Below are positions 14,901 to 64,000 of a stretch of 64,000 nt of DNA, one piece after another (the stretch's first letter is position 1; each line of letters begins with the position of its first letter). The position numbers and the translations under genes were made by a program. Below the pieces are notes generated by a model. The model searched no databases. It was not told where the DNA came from and saw nothing but the letters and a program-made list of their open reading frames with translations. Source of the DNA: Eledone cirrhosa. Lineage: Eukaryota. The DNA lies in contig OZ024761.1 in the NCBI GenBank assembly GCA_964016885.1, positions 15,190,001-15,254,000 of the forward strand, written 5' to 3'.

Positions 14901-16772
14901 ACGTTAATTTTGCACTTGACTTATAATTCTTTTGCCTTCCCTTTAGATTGAATAAACAAAAATATTTTACGTCTACACTTATATTCAACATAACTCATGT
15001 CAGTCTTCGCAAGTTTTTGCTACATCTGATTCAAGCTGTTATGGCTTTGGGAGGAAAGTAATCACAAAATAAAGTATCCAGCTAAGATTTTATTCCGTAG
15101 TACGTGTCATAAGAAAGATTTGTAGTTCTAAGAAACCTAACAAATATATTTCAAATTTATCGGCAATTAAACAAAACTTAAAAATAAGCAATACTAAAGC
15201 CACAAACGTTTTTCTATCTACGTATCTCCTGGAGAGAAAAACAAAACCAAAACCGCTCGAATTATTACGAGGAGTGTAAACAGATGAATATAGCTAATAA
15301 ACAATTAATTTATGTATATGCATGTATGTATTGTGTGTATACTGTAAGACAGACAGGCTCTAAGAAAAACATCACATTACCGTTTATGAACACATTTCGG
15401 AGTCATACTAACTAAATCTATTTTAGCATTTCTTTAATAAAGAAAAACATACGGTGTTTGACATGAAAGAAAAAAAAATCGTTTTACTATTTCATAAGCT
15501 CTGGCAGATATTGAAATCCTATTTATAGATTCGTTTAAATATATTATATTGGACTTACATGAATTTAAAACTGATGAAATTATTTTTAATCTTTTGTTTT
15601 CCAGTACCAACATAAAAATACATTAGTAAGGTTTTTAGTCTCATAAATGCGTGGTTATTATAGACACTTAACTGTTGTTGTAGGGGTGCCGTAATTACCG
15701 TAATGTGGGCATTTAAACCTGACTGAGTCAATCCTCCCCTCCTCCTGGTCTAAAAACTGCAGATTTATTTTGCCAGAGATAAAGAAAGACAGACATCTTG
15801 TTTTGTTTTTAAACGTTAATTTTGCACTTTACTTATAATTCCTTTTTCTTCTTTTAGATTTAATAAAGCTCAACAATTATATTCAACATAACTCATGTTA
15901 GTCTTCACAGTCAAGGACCTGTTTTTACTACACCTGCTTCAAGCTGTTATAGGTGTGATAAGGCAGTACAACCCCAAATAAAGTCAACTTAAGGATTCAC
16001 TCGTAGAAAGTGTCAAAAGAAGGGACACTGATATAATTATCGGCAATTAAACAAAACTTATAAATAGGCAATAACCCGTGTTATTGGTAGTAATAAAATC
16101 CAATGAATGTTCCACCAAGAAGGCTACCTAAGGATTTGCATTTCATTGAAGAAAAAATTAAACTTATGTTTAAGTCGACGTTATAATTATGACGGAAAGG
16201 ACATTACTGAACATGACGAATCGACTAGAAGTGGAAGACAACAGAAATATTACATGTTATCATATTATATATATTTCTGTTACTATCATTTTTTTATAAA
16301 ATTATTTGAATAAAACGGAGAAAATTGTTATATAGTTTTGTTATATCTTTACACTTTAGTTTTACATGCTGACTTAATAATACAGTCCTGTGTGTATATA
16401 AATATATCTTCCGTATGTGTGGATGAAGTGCTATAATAATAAGCATGTTAACAAGTAGTTCTTTAAACCGAGCAAGTCAAACTCCAGTGATTCATTAACA
16501 CAGACTGCATGAAAAACGTTACCTCCTATAAACGAGCGCCAAAGAGAATGTCTCAGAAATACCGGTGTAACAGTAATTCCGTTACCAGTGGAGGTATTCC
16601 AGTTGACCTTTCTATAACTCACTTCCCGGTCATTGCAAATCGTATTCAGAGTACCGGGAGTAAGGGGGAAAAAAACCGTTTACAGTGGTGATAGTCTATA
16701 AATCTCCTGGAAATAGAGGCTAAATCTTTAAAACGGGAGCCGAGGTGCAATGAACCCCGATTCATTTTGCGT

Positions 16773-16813
<41 letters not shown>

Positions 16814-17042
16814 GTGTGTACATACATAAATGTGTTTGTGAATTTAAATATATGTATATATGTGTGAAAAGATACAAAACAATTGTGGCCAAGTTTCATC
16901 AATCGTCTGCATTTAGTTGTGGTTGAAGTCTCGGGATACAAATAAAATATTATATAAAGGGGAAGTAAGTCTAATTAACAAAATTCTAAAGGGAAATAAT
17001 TCATGTATGAAAACTTTTGTTTCATTCAACTATTTATTTGTG

Positions 17043-17215
17043 TGAAGGCGCGTGGCTTACTGATTATGGTATTCGGCGCACAATCGTAAGGTCGTGAGTT
17101 CGATTCCAGGAGGCACGCTGTGTCCTTGAGCAAGACATTTTATTTCACATTGCTCCAATCTGCTCAGCTGGCAAAATGAGTTGTACCTGTAATTCGAAGG
17201 GCCAGCCTTTTCATG
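17043..17215 (+). mobile_element. tRNA-derived SINE, 5' part
   Basis: A/B-box-like head (gcgtggct..gagttcgattcc) then gtgtccttgagcaagacatttta. Same family as 60262-60590. Confidence 0.8.
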
Positions 17216-18187
17216 TCATCTATACAGATCCTGAACCACCCATCTGTGAAACGGTCATAACTGTGTGTAATCAATAAATACCTTAATGTGAAACCTCGCT
17301 TTGTTTTCAATATATATATATGTGTTCCAATATATTAGAAAGTTAAATCAATAGTCGTATGTTGTTTAAATTTGAAATCTAATAAAGATCTACATATATT
17401 TATATTAAACAATGAGTTATATGGTTTGTTGAATAATCAACAAAGTTGATTTTACAACAGATTAGAAGCACTCTACAGTTTATCTGGAGTACCATTGATA
17501 TTAATAAATGAAAAGTATCTTTATAAAACCATATTTATTTTATTATATTATATTATACGTATTTCAAGGGTGCTAATATTTAAGTACGCTTTCTTCAGAT
17601 AAAATGTAGTATTTGGTATTAAGATAGTGACATATCTTCATGTGAACTTAATGGTATAAGTCCAATGAAGATGACTATCTTCATTGGACTTGTACCGGCT
17701 CATTGGCATAAAGAACAAACTTGGCTGTTTTATGATTAATATGTTCCCCTGGTGAGTATAAAATTAAGAAAATAGAATAATTTTAGAACATTTTATTTCA
17801 ATTTTTTTTTTAATATTACAAATAAAACATTTATTATAATGCTTTTGTTGGTTTTTTCCTTTTTTTTCAACAAGCAGAAGTGGTGGTGGTGATGATGATG
17901 TAGTTAGTTGATGTTGTACTCAGTATTTTACTAGTGAGGAGGCATGTAGCCATGTGGTTAGGGTGTTGATATTAAAGTCGTAAGGTCGTGGGTATGATTA
18001 CTGGACTGACTGAGGCATAATGTTCTTGAGCAAAAGCACATCCTGTCCCATGTATCCTGTTCACTCAGCTGAAAATACTGAGAGCAGCAACAATAGCTGG
18101 CATTCTCTCTCCATTGGGTAGTTTCGTGTTCTGAGACACTTAAAACCAATGAAATTGGAATAAGCTCTGGGCTGATGACTATCAAAG

Positions 18188-19440
18188 CTTGGGACCTATA
18201 ATGGACTGTTATCCTGTCAAGGGGAAAGTCTTGTAGTATCTGGGTTTGGGACCTATAATGGACTGTCATCATGTCAAGGGGGAAGTCTTGTAGTATCTGG
18301 GTTTGGGACCTATGATTGACTGTTATCCTGTCAAGGGGGAAGTCTTGTAGTATCTGGGTTTGGGACCTATGATAGACTGTTATCCTGTCAAGGGGGAAGT
18401 CTTGTAGTATCTGGGTTTGGGACCTATAATGGACTGTTATCCTGTCAAGGGGGAAGTCTTGTAGTATCTGGGTTTGGGACCTATGATTGACTGTTATCCT
18501 GTCATGGGGGAAGTCTTGTAGTATCTGGGTTTGGGACCTATGATGGACTGTTATCCTGTCAAGGGGGAAGTCTTGTAGTATCTGGGTTTGGGACCTATAA
18601 TGGACTGTTATCCTGTCAAGGGGGAAGTCTTGTAGTATCTGGGTTTGGGACCTATGATGGACTGTTATCCTGTCAAGGGGGAAGTCTTGTAGTATCTGGG
18701 TTTGGGACCTATAATGGACTGTTATCCTGTCAAGGGGGAAGTCTTGTAGTATCTGGGTTTGGGACCTATGATGGACTGTTATCCTGTCAAGGGGGAAGTC
18801 TTGTAGTATCTGGGTTTGGGACCTATGATTGACTGTTATCCTGTCAAGGGGGAAGTCTTGTAGTATCTGGGTTTGGGACCTATGATAGACTGTTATCCTG
18901 TCAAGGGGGAAGTCTTGTAGTATCTGGGTTTGGGACCTATGATGGACTGTTATCCTGTCAAGGGGGAAGTCTTGTAGTATCTGGGTTTGGGACCTATGAT
19001 AGACGGTTATCCTGTCATGGGGGAAGTCTTGTAGTATCTGGGTTTGGGACCTATGATGGACTGTTATCCTGTCAAGGGGGAAGTCTTGTAGTATCTGGGT
19101 TTGGGGCCTATGATAGACTGTTATCCTGTCAAGGGGGAAGTCTTGTAGTATCTGGGTTTGGGACCTATGATGGACTGTTATCCTGTCAAGGGGGAAGTCT
19201 TGTAGTATCTGGGTTTGTGACCTATGATGGACTGTTATCCTGTCAAGGGGGAAGTCTTGTGTTATCTGGGTTTGGGACCTATAATAGACTGTTATCCTGT
19301 CAAGGGGGATGTCTTGTATAATCTGAGCTTCGGACCTATGATAGACTGTCATCCTGTCAAGGGGGAAGTCTTGTAGTATCTGGGTTTTGGACCTACAATG
19401 AGCTGTCATTTTGTTAAGAGGGAAATCTTGTATTCTTAGT
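18188..19440. repeat. 57-bp minisatellite, about 22 copies, derived from a SINE segment
   Basis: Unit gggacctatgatggactgttatcctgtcaagggggaagtcttgtagtatctgggttt. A SINE head lies at about 17935-18090. Confidence 0.95.
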
Positions 19441-20199
19441 TTATTTAATGTCAATAAAATGAGATAAGCTTTGGCTCAATAGGTATCTGGGCTTTCGGCA
19501 GATTTCAACTTTTATTTTACTGGTAATTACAGGGGAAGAATGAAGCTTGCATGGCTCCCTTGGCTAAAATTATCACTGGGGCCCTTGCTTTCAAAGGTGG
19601 ATTTTGTTACCCTTTTGATACCAAACCCCCTGAAACTGATCCTGGTTCTATGATACAAACCCGCTTGTTTTAAAAGTGTTTACATTTAGTTAAATCCCTC
19701 CCATCATAATTAATGTCACATCATAAACCATCACACACACAAACTATATCACAAAACACTCAAGTTAACCAAGGAGCTTTGCTGTGGTTGCCTGAACTGC
19801 TAAAAATAAAAGTGAAATCTCCATCAAACCACACCCTACTGTCTTAACCCCGTCCTCAAACCTACATCATTAGAATAGAGGTAGCCAAGTGCTTCAATTG
19901 CCTTAACTTGAACATAAATACATCTAGAACAATCCAAAGCTATCCACAAACGTAATCCATGCACCCACATTTGATCCCACTCATCAGACCCATACCACAT
20001 ACGACCTTCAATTGCAGGGTACACTGTTCCTGAAAAAACACATGATGGTCATGGATTGACTGCCTTTTGGTAAGGACGTACTCGGGGCTAAACAACAACA
20101 ACCGCCCCAAAATATATTATAAGTAGATCACTCATTACGTAACTATTTCATTAACAGAATAAATTTCTGAGTAAATGTAAAATTATCTGCTCCAGCTTG

Positions 20200-64000
<43,801 letters not shown>

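Larger units (their letters stand above)
1..16780. repeat. Tandem segmental array of a 6.29-kb unit: copies at 1-6290, 6291-12578 and a partial, progressively diverged copy at 12579-16780
   Basis: atacgcacacacataaatta recurs at 1, 6291 and 12579. The same ORFs recur at about 6290-bp offsets. Confidence 0.95.

Noticed and set aside
17958-19454. 498-aa repeat ORF as a real protein gene
   Set aside because: It starts at TTG, consists of a SINE-derived 57-bp minisatellite, and its common unit variants are amino-acid changing. Kept only as a repeat finding.

Overview
AT-rich, repeat-dense animal genomic DNA. The SINE, MITE and microsatellite landscape looks like an octopus or other coleoid cephalopod (inference). 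The one securely identifiable gene is the 3' third of an axonemal dynein heavy chain, a DNAH2 orthologue (inner-arm dynein f/I1 beta). It lies on the minus strand as 24 exons from 64000 (truncated) to the TAA stop at 20200. All introns are GT-AG with compatible phases, giving about 1312 aa (stalk, AAA5, AAA6, C-terminal domain). Its introns hold tRNA-derived SINEs, TTAA/piggyBac-type MITEs, non-autonomous Helitrons, LINE fragments, long foldback palindromes, many minisatellites and a 200-N gap. Positions 1-16.8 kb are about 2.7 copies of a 6.29-kb tandem unit that may carry a small unannotated gene. The most unusual observations are: (1) a 37-bp minisatellite built from a dynein 3' splice site, in which each unit reads as a complete GT..branchpoint..AG mini-intron or recursive-splice-like site; (2) two other splice-site duplications; (3) SINE-born minisatellites, one with a readable nesting history; (4) many intronic dsRNA-forming structures. 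I see no prokaryote-type system or CRISPR array, and no new system is established. Comparisons to known proteins and repeats are from memory, not from a database search.
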